Source: Vulcanimicrobiota bacterium (GTDB taxonomy: Bacteria > Vulcanimicrobiota > Xenobia > Xenobiales > JADMJV01). From it: a stretch of 64,000 bases of DNA. How positions within the stretch are numbered: position 1 is the first letter of the stretch; each line of letters opens with the position of its first letter. The translations under genes and the position numbers were made by a program. The stretch lies in NCBI GenBank assembly GCA_050250895.1, contig JBFWNU010000006.1:215513-279512 (forward strand). The letters are read 5' to 3'. Under the pieces are notes generated by a model. That model saw only the letters and a list, made by a program, of their open reading frames with translations. It ran no database searches and was not told the origin of the DNA. Shown piece by piece: positions 1 through 8,704 of this stretch.

Positions 1-264
1 GGTGACGCCATCCGCTGGCTGTTCTCGGCTGGCCAGGTGGGCGGGGCCGGCGGGCTTAACAGCACGCTTTTCTATCTGCGCACCACCGGCGAGGGCGACC
101 AACGGGTGCTCGAGGTGGTCGGCGGCGGCTGGGGGCACGGGGTGGGAATGTGCCAGGAGGGCGCGGCCGGCCGGGCTCGAGGAGGTCAGAAATACCCCGA
201 GATTCTGACCCATTACTACCCCGGCACTCGTCTCGAGGGAGCCGCCCCGGCCATCATCCGCTAG
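1..264 (+). CDS. SpoIID/LytB-domain protein, C-terminal part (5' truncated by window)
   Basis: Frame +1 gives GGGWGHGVGMCQEGAAGRARGGQKYPEILTHYYPG, the typical SpoIID/LytB C-terminal motif. Confidence 0.85.
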   Translation, partial: GDAIRWLFSAGQVGGAGGLNSTLFYLRTTGEGDQRVLEVVGGGWGHGVGMCQEGAAGRARGGQKYPEILTHYYPGTRLEGAAPAIIR

Positions 265-343
265 GCACCGGTTTGGGCTCGCGAGATAGAAACCGCCCAG
301 ACGCGAAGGCGTCGAGGGTTGGTGTGCGAGCGATATGCGACGG

Positions 344-706
344 CTAGCTCCCTGGCTGAGTGAGTGTGAAACCACCCTCTATCCGCTTCCGGTCTCTCGA
401 CACATCCACTGCCAGGCCCATTCGAACATACACAAAGGTCAGCGAGTGGGCCGGGGAATGATCTTGGTCAAGAACAACGTCGGGGGCACCGCAAATTTCC
501 TGCAAAGACTGCACGCCATCCTGACTGCTTAGCCCTCCCCGCGGGGTGGACAAACTCAAGCCGTAGATTCCTACCACATGTCCTGCCTCGACATCGAGGG
601 TGATCAGGCAGCCTCCGTTGCCAAAGACAGACGAGAGATCGACCCGCGCGCAGTGACATCATGGCACCCCCAGCCCGTCCATCAGACCATCGGTCGTCAT
701 CCTCAT
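344..706 (-). pseudogene. Small hypothetical gene interrupted by an in-frame TGA (661-659)
   Basis: ATG at 706 reads MRMTTDGLMDGLGVP*CHCARVDLSS... and continues in frame into the 344..577 ORF. Confidence 0.4.
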
Positions 707-729
707 GGGCTCGTTACGCCGGGCTCGGC

Positions 730-1116
730 CTATCTCAGTCTGGCCTTGAGATACTCCAGGTCGGCGCTGGCTTCGGTTAAGGGCAGAACCCGGTTGAGGT
801 AGCTGTCGGCTCGCAAGTCGTCGTTGAGATAGAAGAGCAGTTGTTGGCCTTCCTTAAAGAGCCGGGCCGGATAAGTGGGGCCACCGTGGCCGTCGACCTT
901 GACCTTGCCCTTGAGCTTGCCTTTGTAGAGCTGGTCGACCTGAACGGTGGCCAGCGAAGGATAGCCGTACTTGTCTTTGTTTACCGCCACCACCGTACCC
1001 ACGAAGACCTGCGACGAACGGGCGAAGGCGGCCGGGGCGTCGGCAGGGGGAGTGCCGGTTGGGACTTCGGCCAGGGCGGGGAGCAGCAGGAGTAAGACGA
1101 GCAAGAAGGGTTTCAT
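730..1116 (-). CDS. Secreted hypothetical protein, possible NTR/TIMP-like beta domain
   Basis: Signal peptide MKPFLLVLLLLLPALA; AFARSSQVFVGTVVAV...ATVQVDQLYKG pattern; CAAGCT 6 nt before ATG 1116. Confidence 0.7.
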   Translation of the reverse strand: MKPFLLVLLLLLPALAEVPTGTPPADAPAAFARSSQVFVGTVVAVNKDKYGYPSLATVQVDQLYKGKLKGKVKVDGHGGPTYPARLFKEGQQLLFYLNDDLRADSYLNRVLPLTEASADLEYLKARLR

Positions 1117-1264
1117 TTCCAAAGCTTGGCCGGACCATCGCCATTCCCCTTCGTCGCTGGCCCGCCTAACTAGCCCAACCAGACAGGGCCTCCATTCTGC
1201 TCATCGTCCCTCGCTGCGTCTCGAGAGGACCCCGCGCTTCGCCTTAGCGACCAGCCACCACCCG

Positions 1265-1714
1265 TCAGGTCTTGTTGTAGTTGAAGGTGACCCGGTTGGA
1301 CTTGGTCAGGTAGCGGCCCTCGGTGTAGATGCCCAACTCGAAGGATAGGTCGGTGTTGCCGCTGGCCATGTGCAGCTGGTCGTACGGCATGAAAAGGGTC
1401 AAGTCGTTGAAACGAGCGCTGGGGTAGGCGGGCACGAAGTCGCGATTGATGCTGACGTAGCCGTCGACGTCCTTGTATTGTCCGTCGAAATCCTTCAGGG
1501 CCTGTCCGTTGGCGTAGTAGAAGTGCGAGGTCAGCAGGCAGGGCACGTTGAGGTGGTTGTTGACCGTGAAGCGAGCGTGAATCTTGAGTCCTTTCACGCC
1601 GTTTTCCCAGACGTTGTGTTCCAACCAGACGTTTTCGAAGTTGGCCTGAGGTTGCGCCTGGGCGCCCGCCGCCAGCAGCAGCATCAGGGCAACGAAGATG
1701 AGTTTTCGGTTCAT
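1265..1714 (-). CDS. Secreted hypothetical protein (149 aa, beta-rich)
   Basis: Signal peptide ending AQA; GGAGG RBS; TATACT -10 at 1746-1741. Confidence 0.85.
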   Translation of the reverse strand: MNRKLIFVALMLLLAAGAQAQPQANFENVWLEHNVWENGVKGLKIHARFTVNNHLNVPCLLTSHFYYANGQALKDFDGQYKDVDGYVSINRDFVPAYPSARFNDLTLFMPYDQLHMASGNTDLSFELGIYTEGRYLTKSNRVTFNYNKT

Positions 1715-1740
1715 GATACCCTCCAGATCTCAGTCTCTAG

Positions 1741-1808
1741 AGTATAGCCGGCAACCCGCCGATTCCGCGTCGTTAGCGACAAGCGGCAATCCGCGGGCGA
1801 TGAACGGC
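1741..1808 (-). promoter_or_regulatory. Promoter with LytTR-type direct repeat for the 1265..1714 gene
   Basis: Minus strand: GCCGTTCAT(1808-1800)-N12-GCCGCTTGT(1787-1779)-N32-TATACT(1746-1741). Confidence 0.7.
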
Positions 1809-1809
1809 T

Positions 1810-3744
1810 CTATTTGAGGTCCACCCAGAGAACCTCGCGGGCCACGTAGGCCTGGGGCTCTTTGATGGTAGGCCGGCCAGCACGGGTGCCCTGCATGACA
1901 TTCTCCATCAACTTGCCGAAGGGACCCGCCACGGTGGCCGAAGGGTCCGACGACGAGCGCTGTTTGCCCTGGCTCTCGAGAAAGAGCAGATCGACCTCTT
2001 GCGACGTGCCGATGACTTTGAAGCCTTCTCGACCGCTACCCCCGTCGAAGGCCAGATCGACCGTCAGGGTCTGGCCGGGAGAGACCTTTTTCTGGGCCTC
2101 GATGCCATAGGGATACAGCACCTTGACGCCGCCGTCAGCCAGGAAGTTGAGGACCGAGACATAGAGCGGGGATTGGCTTTTGTTGGTGATCTTGAGCAGT
2201 GCCTCCTGGCCTTTGGCGAAGGCGAACAGACCATTGGGCCCGGCCGTGTGAGACGGGTCGGGCTGGAAGCTCTCGATGCTGCCCGAGAATTTGCCGGGCA
2301 CCATTTCCACCTCGAGGCTCTGCGGCTGGTTGACCATGCGCTGCAGGTAGAGACGACGCGCCTCGCCTTTGAGGGCGCGGTGAATCAAGGCCGGTTCCCT
2401 GGTGGGGGAGAGGATGACCTCACCGGTGGCCCGCTCGAGCCGCAGATTGCCATTGTCGTTCCAGGCCAGCACCTCGGCTCCGGCCCCACGCTCGACTTTC
2501 TTGACCACGGGATCGTTCAGGAGCCCCAGCGCTTCGGCCTGAGGATCGACGAAGACCTCTACGGCCACCTCGCCGAAATTTTGTTCCATGACGAAACCCA
2601 CCGCCGAGCGCAGGTCCTCGAGCGAGGCCGAGCCCTGCAGGGCGGCGTTGGCGCGATAGAGGTCGGTGCCGGTTTCGCCGACCACGGCCTCGCAAAGCTT
2701 CTTGGATTGGTCGTCCGGACTGCGGGTGCCGACTCGATAGAGAGCCACGCGGCTGCCGGGGGTCACTCCCAGCAGCCGACCGCGGTCGAGGATGACCGAT
2801 GTGGGGGTAGCGCTCACCACCGACAGAGTTTCTTGGCGAGGGATGGCTTTGCCGCCTAGCAGCGAGAGCTTGAGATCGCCTTCGCCCATCGGGGTCTGGT
2901 CGTAGAAGAAGGTGTTGGCGCCCACCAGACGCAGCAGGTCGAGATAAGAGGAGTCGGGTCCCAGGCGAGGGTCTTCCAGGCCACTGACCAGGGCGTGCGT
3001 GAAGTCTCCGCCGTGGGTGGGATCTTCTTTGGCGGTCTGATGGGCCTGGCAGGCCGAGAGGACGACCCAACCCTGGCCGCCCGCGGCGTGACGCGAGGCG
3101 GTCAGAGTGGCGTCGCTACGGGCCTGTTGCCGGCAGCTGCCGCCGGTGCGAATTTTCTTGCCCAGGGTGCTGGCCGAGCGACTGATCGTGCCCGAATGGC
3201 AGCTATCAAAGATAAAGACTACCGAGCCCTGCTGGCCGCCCGAGCGAACTTTGGCGATGAGTTGCTGCAAAGCCGTCTCGATAAAGTCGTCGCGCACCAC
3301 GCTGTCGGCGAAGGTCGGGTCGTTGGGGCCGGGGGCATCGATGGGGATGATGCACTCGTCGAGGCCGTCGTCCTCGGGGTCGTTCTTTTCCCAGCTATCA
3401 GCGTTAGGGGGCTCGCGATTGGGAACGGCGCAGCCGTGACCGGCGTAGAAGAAGATGACCGTCTCGCCCGGCTGGGCCTCGGTGACGAGCTTCTTCATGG
3501 CGCCTTCGAGGCCGGCTCGGGTGGCCTGCTCCTGGGTGACGATGGTGAGCTTGGCCGGGTCGGCCTTGAACCGGTCCACGAGCGCCTTCTTGATCTTTTC
3601 GACATCACCCGGAGGACCCTCGAGAGGTTCCCAGGCCCCGGTGTTTTGATAGGCCCCCACTCCGACCATCACAGCCCGGATGTCGGGGCCGTCGGCCCAG
3701 CCCAGGCTGCTGAGCATGAGGGCCAAGAGAAGCAGTTTCTTCAT
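1810..3744 (-). CDS. Secreted caspase-family (peptidase C14) protease with C-terminal DUF4384-like domain
   Basis: Signal peptide MKKLLLLALMLSSLGWA; catalytic FFYAGHG and FDSCHSG; LSACQAHQTAKE; C-terminal LKITNKSQSPLYVSVLNFLADGGVKVLYP; ATG overlaps the CHAT gene stop (ATGA 3744-3741). Confidence 0.9.
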   Translation of the reverse strand: MKKLLLLALMLSSLGWADGPDIRAVMVGVGAYQNTGAWEPLEGPPGDVEKIKKALVDRFKADPAKLTIVTQEQATRAGLEGAMKKLVTEAQPGETVIFFYAGHGCAVPNREPPNADSWEKNDPEDDGLDECIIPIDAPGPNDPTFADSVVRDDFIETALQQLIAKVRSGGQQGSVVFIFDSCHSGTISRSASTLGKKIRTGGSCRQQARSDATLTASRHAAGGQGWVVLSACQAHQTAKEDPTHGGDFTHALVSGLEDPRLGPDSSYLDLLRLVGANTFFYDQTPMGEGDLKLSLLGGKAIPRQETLSVVSATPTSVILDRGRLLGVTPGSRVALYRVGTRSPDDQSKKLCEAVVGETGTDLYRANAALQGSASLEDLRSAVGFVMEQNFGEVAVEVFVDPQAEALGLLNDPVVKKVERGAGAEVLAWNDNGNLRLERATGEVILSPTREPALIHRALKGEARRLYLQRMVNQPQSLEVEMVPGKFSGSIESFQPDPSHTAGPNGLFAFAKGQEALLKITNKSQSPLYVSVLNFLADGGVKVLYPYGIEAQKKVSPGQTLTVDLAFDGGSGREGFKVIGTSQEVDLLFLESQGKQRSSSDPSATVAGPFGKLMENVMQGTRAGRPTIKEPQAYVAREVLWVDLK

Positions 3745-6700
3745 CGCCAGTCTCCTATCATGGTAAAGGCAGCCCAGTGGAAGGGATGCCGGGTTGCGGG
3801 GTCGGCCAGCAGAGCCTGCTGGGCTTCTTGCAGGGCCTGGGCGGGGGACTTCTTGGCCAGCAGGCCGGTGTAGAACTTCTCCATCAGCGAACGAGTCGAG
3901 TCGTCCGAGACCTTCCACAGGCTGGCCACCACGGTTGGGCAACCGGCAAAGCCGAAGGCATCGGCCAGGCTGGTCAATTCGGAAGTGTCCTGGGCCGACT
4001 CGCCCAGAGCGGTCTCACAGGCCGACAGGGACACCAGCCGGGTCTGGTCGAGTTGCAGACCGGCGATGTCGCTGATGGCCAGCTTTTGCTGGTTGGCCAG
4101 CACCAGAAAGCTCGAGTTGGGGTCACGAGCATTGAGCACACCGTGAGTAGCCAGGTGGATATATTCGTTGTCGGCGAGTGATTGTAGCCGATCCAGGGTG
4201 GCTTCACCGCCCAGCAGCACCGTGGCTTCGGGAAACTGCCGGCCGATGCTTTTGGCTTCTTCGGCCGCGGCTGGTAGCGAGCCGTCGGGATTGCCGATCG
4301 CGAACAGACGGCGGTTGCCGGTCGGGATGGCCGAGGCCAGGTGCTCGAGGTCACTCGACTTGAGCAGACTCACCACTTGCTTGCGTTCGATGAGAAACTC
4401 GAGCCGGTCGTCTTTGAGGCGGGCCACGCAACTCAGCGGCAGAGTCATCAGGCTGCCCGAGGGGATGAAGGCCAGCACTTTCTTGTCGGCGATGTCTGGC
4501 TCGACCGGGTCGATCAATAGCTTGTGCAGGTGCAGCAAGGCCTCTTCCAAGCCTTCGACCGGATTGGAAGGGGCCTGGGCCACGGCCCGACCGGCCCGCA
4601 CCATCTGGCTAGCCTGGGTGGCCAACAGAGCCCGCCGGGTTTGCTTGACCAGGCTGTCCAGTTCGTTGCGGCTGACGGCAACCTGCCGAATCTTGAGTGA
4701 TTCTCGGGTCAGTACGAACAAATAGAGCGAGTCTTTGGTCGGCAGGGTCTGCAGCACGACCGCATCGGCCGGAACCTGGGATTGAATGCGGGCGAAGTTG
4801 ACCGGTCGAATCGACAAGAACTGGCCATAACCGGGATGCTGGCGCCGGATTTCGCCCAGGGCGGTGTAGAATTCTTGGCGATTGGCGGCTACCAGGCCTT
4901 CGGCCTTTTTGCCGCCCCGGGTTTGTTCGCTTTGCAGCGCCTGGCCCCGATCGCGCAGTTCGTCGAGGGCGCGCGTCGCCGAGCGCAGCTTGGGATCCGA
5001 CTGAGCCAGGGCCTCGGCCTGGCCGCTCATCAAGCTCTCGGCCTGGCCCAGGCGGGCCAGGGTCTCGAAGGCTTCTGGCTGTTTGCCGGCCTCGAGCAAC
5101 AGCTCGGCCTGAAGCTCATAGGCCCGGCGAAAGCGCTGGCGCAGATGAGCTGAGCCGCCGGCCTCGGTGAGGTAGTCCTCGACCAGGGTGACGGCTCGCT
5201 GACATGCCTTGAGGGCTCGTTCTTTTTGGCCCAGGGCCCGATCGACCTCGGCCAGTCGGATCAAAGCCACGATGATGCCGGGGCGATGATGGTGGGACTC
5301 GCTCTCTTTGAGAAGGGTCGCCGCCGTCGGGCGGGCGAGCTTTGCCCAGCCGGCCGGCTGTTTGGCGGCGAGCCGTTCCAGCTGGGTGAAGCGAGCGTCC
5401 TCCAGTCCCAGGTAGCCGACTCCAGAACGGGCGTCGTTCTGATAGACGAGCGCTTCTTCCAGGGCTTGCTCGTCATCTTCCAGTTGGGCCTTCTCGAGCT
5501 TGTAGAGGGCCACCACCCGAGCCACGTCACCCTGGGTCCAGGGGAACTCGTTGGGACTGCCCATATTGGCCAGTTGATAGGCCAGACCGGTCTCGCGAAT
5601 GGCTTGCCAGGTGGCCTCGACCGGGGCAGCCAGCTCGCGCAGCAGAAGCAGCGCCTCGGCTTTGCGACCCTGCAACCGCCAGGTGCGCACGACTTGCAGC
5701 TCGAGGGCCTGGCTGGCCAACAAGAACTCGGGGTTCCAGACCCTGACGAAGGTGGCCAGGTCGGTCGGGTGCAGGCTCATGTCCATCTGCCCGGCCGCCA
5801 GGCGACGCAGGCGGCGCAGGTCTTCCCACACCACATAGTAGAGCTGGGCGTAGACCGGGAATTCGTTGGTCTCCGACGACATCTGGCGCAGCGCCGCGCT
5901 AATCCAGACGCTGGCCCCTTCACCAACCCAGCGGCCCAGACCGCCCTCGAGCGGTTGGCGCTCGAGGTTGTCGAGCTTGGACCAGGTAGCAGTGTGGCGG
6001 GCTAGCCATTGAGCTGGCGGCAAGTCGGGATTCTTCTGCAGTTCGCGTTCCAGGGCCAGGCTTTCGACCACGAATCCCTCCAGGGGGGCGGTCGGAAGTT
6101 GGGCCAGAGCGACTAGTTGGCGGTCGAGCACTTCGGGTCGTTCGGCTTTGTGGGCGGCAGTCGCCACGGCCAGTCTCACGAAGACCTCATCGCGGGGGGA
6201 GAGACCGGTCACCATTGTTTCGCCGCGCTCGATGGCTTCATCCCAGAGTCCGCCGCCTTCGAGGGCAACCAGTTCGAGCTTGGCCACCTGGAGGGGGTCG
6301 TGGGACTCGGCCTTCAACCGGGCGAGCAGGCCAGGCAAATAGGTCTGGTTGCCCACCCGAATGGCCAGGGTGGCGGCCGCCAGGCCCTGTTGCGCCGGCG
6401 GAGCGGCGGGCTGAGCCGGCATGACCGTGGCCATCGTTCCTCGGGTATCGATCGCCTCGTCCGCTTCGAACAGGGTGCCCCGCCAGCGGGTCACGGCCCA
6501 AAGCATACCCTTCTCCTTTAGCAACTGCTCGGGTTCGCCATAGCCTTCCATGCGAAAGGCCCGGGCGATGGTGTTGAGCCACTCGACCCGGTCGGGCTGC
6601 TGGGCCAGCACCTGGTCAAAGGCGGGGCGGGCCACCTCGGGATAGAGGCGAACCCCCTGCACGATCTTGATCAATTCGCCTGCTTGGCGCCACTGTTCGG

Positions 6701-6797
6701 TGCGGTTGAGGAACGTCTCGACATCGACCGGCTGGGCCCAGAGCGGGGCGGTGAGCAGCATCAGCCAGACGGCCAGAGCTTTCGGGATAGAAATCAT
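3741..6797 (-). CDS. Secreted CHAT-domain protease with helical/TPR-like region
   Basis: Signal peptide MISIPKALAVWLMLLTAPLWA; CHAT motifs YIHLATHG, VSLSACETALG, VVASLWKVSD, HPFHWAAF. Confidence 0.9.
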   Translation of the reverse strand: MISIPKALAVWLMLLTAPLWAQPVDVETFLNRTEQWRQAGELIKIVQGVRLYPEVARPAFDQVLAQQPDRVEWLNTIARAFRMEGYGEPEQLLKEKGMLWAVTRWRGTLFEADEAIDTRGTMATVMPAQPAAPPAQQGLAAATLAIRVGNQTYLPGLLARLKAESHDPLQVAKLELVALEGGGLWDEAIERGETMVTGLSPRDEVFVRLAVATAAHKAERPEVLDRQLVALAQLPTAPLEGFVVESLALERELQKNPDLPPAQWLARHTATWSKLDNLERQPLEGGLGRWVGEGASVWISAALRQMSSETNEFPVYAQLYYVVWEDLRRLRRLAAGQMDMSLHPTDLATFVRVWNPEFLLASQALELQVVRTWRLQGRKAEALLLLRELAAPVEATWQAIRETGLAYQLANMGSPNEFPWTQGDVARVVALYKLEKAQLEDDEQALEEALVYQNDARSGVGYLGLEDARFTQLERLAAKQPAGWAKLARPTAATLLKESESHHHRPGIIVALIRLAEVDRALGQKERALKACQRAVTLVEDYLTEAGGSAHLRQRFRRAYELQAELLLEAGKQPEAFETLARLGQAESLMSGQAEALAQSDPKLRSATRALDELRDRGQALQSEQTRGGKKAEGLVAANRQEFYTALGEIRRQHPGYGQFLSIRPVNFARIQSQVPADAVVLQTLPTKDSLYLFVLTRESLKIRQVAVSRNELDSLVKQTRRALLATQASQMVRAGRAVAQAPSNPVEGLEEALLHLHKLLIDPVEPDIADKKVLAFIPSGSLMTLPLSCVARLKDDRLEFLIERKQVVSLLKSSDLEHLASAIPTGNRRLFAIGNPDGSLPAAAEEAKSIGRQFPEATVLLGGEATLDRLQSLADNEYIHLATHGVLNARDPNSSFLVLANQQKLAISDIAGLQLDQTRLVSLSACETALGESAQDTSELTSLADAFGFAGCPTVVASLWKVSDDSTRSLMEKFYTGLLAKKSPAQALQEAQQALLADPATRHPFHWAAFTMIGDWR

Positions 6798-6856
6798 GAC
6801 CCGTCTTCTCCCAATTCGGAAAGGGGCGTTCGAAAGGGCGGCCTTTGGATCCTGGC

Positions 6857-7588
6857 TCACCATCCGGTAGCCTCCTTAAACCCTGGCACGAAGCGTCTCG
6901 AGAGGGGCACCTGAGAACCGTCTTCCAACACCAGGGTGTAGGAACCCGAAAACCACGAATTGACCTCGCGGATCTTCTGAAGGTTGACCAAAAAGGCTTT
7001 GTGGATTCTCAGAAAGCCGTGCTCGGCCAGCCGCTCTTCGAGCTCTTTGAGAGTGTGCCGGACCCGCAGGGGTGGGTGTTCCTGGGTGTGTAGATAGACC
7101 TTCTTCTCGCGAGCCTGGACCGACTGCAGTTGGGAGTAGTCGAGCAGAATCCAGCGTTCTTCGGCGGCCTCGCCCCAGAGCTTGGTGGCCTGCTGATGCC
7201 AGAGAAGCTTGCCCACGGACTCGTGCTGGTTGACCGGAATCTTGAGCCGGGCGACGGTCTGGGCTAGCCGGTCCTCGCGAAAAGGCTTGACCACATAGTC
7301 GACGGCGCTCAGCCGGAAGGCTTCGGCGGCGTGCTCGGAATAGGCCGTCGCAAAGACGATGCGCGGGGCCCCGCCGCGCTCGAGCAGGCGGGCGGCCACG
7401 GTCAGGCCGTCGTCACCCGGCATGTTGATGTCGAGGAACACTACGTCGAAGCTGTCGTTGGCCGTGCGCTCGAGCACATCGATTCCGTTTTCGGCCTCGG
7501 CAAATTCGGCGCTGGGCAGTAGCTCGTTGAGCATGTAGCGCAGTTCCTGGCGGGCAGGTCTCTCATCGTCGGCGATCAGGATCTTCAT
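6857..7588 (-). CDS. LytTR-family response regulator (REC + LytTR)
   Basis: ILIADDE, VFLDINMPG, VFATAY, DYVVKP; LytTR FLRIHKAFLVN...VPLSRR; ATGA overlap with the upstream kinase. Confidence 0.95.
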   Translation of the reverse strand: MKILIADDERPARQELRYMLNELLPSAEFAEAENGIDVLERTANDSFDVVFLDINMPGDDGLTVAARLLERGGAPRIVFATAYSEHAAEAFRLSAVDYVVKPFREDRLAQTVARLKIPVNQHESVGKLLWHQQATKLWGEAAEERWILLDYSQLQSVQAREKKVYLHTQEHPPLRVRHTLKELEERLAEHGFLRIHKAFLVNLQKIREVNSWFSGSYTLVLEDGSQVPLSRRFVPGFKEATGW

Positions 7589-8184
7589 GGCGTCAGTTTC
7601 CATTCATAGCTGGTGGTCTCGCCCCGGCCGCAGGTCAAACCGGCCACCTGATGTGAGAGTTGGGCGGGGGCGCCATCGGCTTCGATGAGCAGCCGTCCGG
7701 GTTCCAGCGTGAGCAAGATGGTTCCACCCTGGGCGCGAGCGGCCAGTTCGCGGACTACACCACGCAGCAGCGCGCCGATCACCCTGGCCTCGACGATGCC
7801 ATCCAGGCCTCGTTCATCGATGCGCTCGATGACCTCGAGGCGTTCGCCCAAACGGGCTTGCTCCAGGCGCAGATAGGCTCGAGCGGCCTCGATCTCTTCG
7901 CGCAGGCGCGCTTCGGTCTCGCTACCGAGGGCCGATTGGAGAACGGTAGACAGGTCGAGCAGAAGCTCTCGGGCCATCGCAGGCTCGGTGCGCACGAAAT
8001 AGCGCACCGTGTTGATGGCGTTAAACAGAAAGTGGGGGTTGAGTTGGTGGCGCAGTTGGTCGGCCTGGACCTGCACTCGGTCGAGTTCGGTTCGCAATAG
8101 TTGCTCTCGTTGAAGAGCCGCTTTGGTAGAGCCTTTCCATTTTAGGTAAAGGGCCACGACCAGGCCCAGCAGGATCCAGTTCAC
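7585..8184 (-). CDS. LytS/YehU-type histidine kinase homolog with degenerate ATP-binding domain
   Basis: One N-terminal TM; H-box QLNPHFLFNAIN and EEI..ARAYLRLEQARLGERL retained; no ENAxKH, DxGxG or GxGL boxes. Confidence 0.85.
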   Translation of the reverse strand: MNWILLGLVVALYLKWKGSTKAALQREQLLRTELDRVQVQADQLRHQLNPHFLFNAINTVRYFVRTEPAMARELLLDLSTVLQSALGSETEARLREEIEAARAYLRLEQARLGERLEVIERIDERGLDGIVEARVIGALLRGVVRELAARAQGGTILLTLEPGRLLIEADGAPAQLSHQVAGLTCGRGETTSYEWKLTP

Positions 8185-8191
8185 AGGCCCT

Positions 8192-8332
8192 ATTTTGTCA
8201 TATTCGCGCGCCTTCCCGCCTGCTCGCACGATAAGTGGTCGAATCCGCCCGACAAGCGGTCGCGGCCCCTCGTCGGGGGTTCGTGACCGCTTGTCGGGAC
8301 TCGAGGGCAGAACCGGTTACAGGTGCTAGGAT
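8192..8332. promoter_or_regulatory. Divergent promoters, each with a LytTR-type 9-12-9 direct repeat
   Basis: Minus: ACCGCTTGT(8260-8252)-N12-ACCACTTAT(8239-8231)-N33-CAAAAT(8197-8192). Plus: GCCCCTCGT(8265-8273)-N12-ACCGCTTGT(8286-8294)-N32-TAGGAT(8327-8332). Confidence 0.75.
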
Positions 8333-8350
8333 GAGGCCCGGGGAGGAGCG

Positions 8351-8677
8351 ATGCGCAAGTTTGCCGTGGTGATGATCTTGATGGGGTGCTTGACCGCGCT
8401 GGGTTGGTCGCGCCAGGTCAGCGTCTGGCGCTCTTCTTCGGGCTCGACCGTCAAGCTCGACGGAACCGAAAAGGAACAGTTCGCGGTGATCATGGTCGGG
8501 CCGGACGGAAGTCGTCGGGTCTTTCCCGGGCAGTGGGTCGAGGTCAGGAATTCGTTCACCTATTTCGTGGCCGGTCGGAGCCACTATTGCACCTTTTCGA
8601 GAGGCGGCTATTCCATCCAGGTCCGCAGCCCGGTAGGCAGCGACGAATGGAGTTTCGTGGGTTGGGAATCTCGCTAG
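8351..8677 (+). CDS. Small secreted hypothetical protein (108 aa)
   Basis: GGAGGAG RBS; signal peptide MRKFAVVMILMGCLTALG; beta-strand-like mature part. Confidence 0.75.
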   Translation: MRKFAVVMILMGCLTALGWSRQVSVWRSSSGSTVKLDGTEKEQFAVIMVGPDGSRRVFPGQWVEVRNSFTYFVAGRSHYCTFSRGGYSIQVRSPVGSDEWSFVGWESR

Positions 8678-8704
8678 AAGGATTCGAGGGAATGCCGCGC
8701 TGGA

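Noticed and set aside
8249-8296. Long inverted repeat as a terminator
   Set aside because: It lies between divergent genes, has no U-tract, and is explained by back-to-back LytTR boxes
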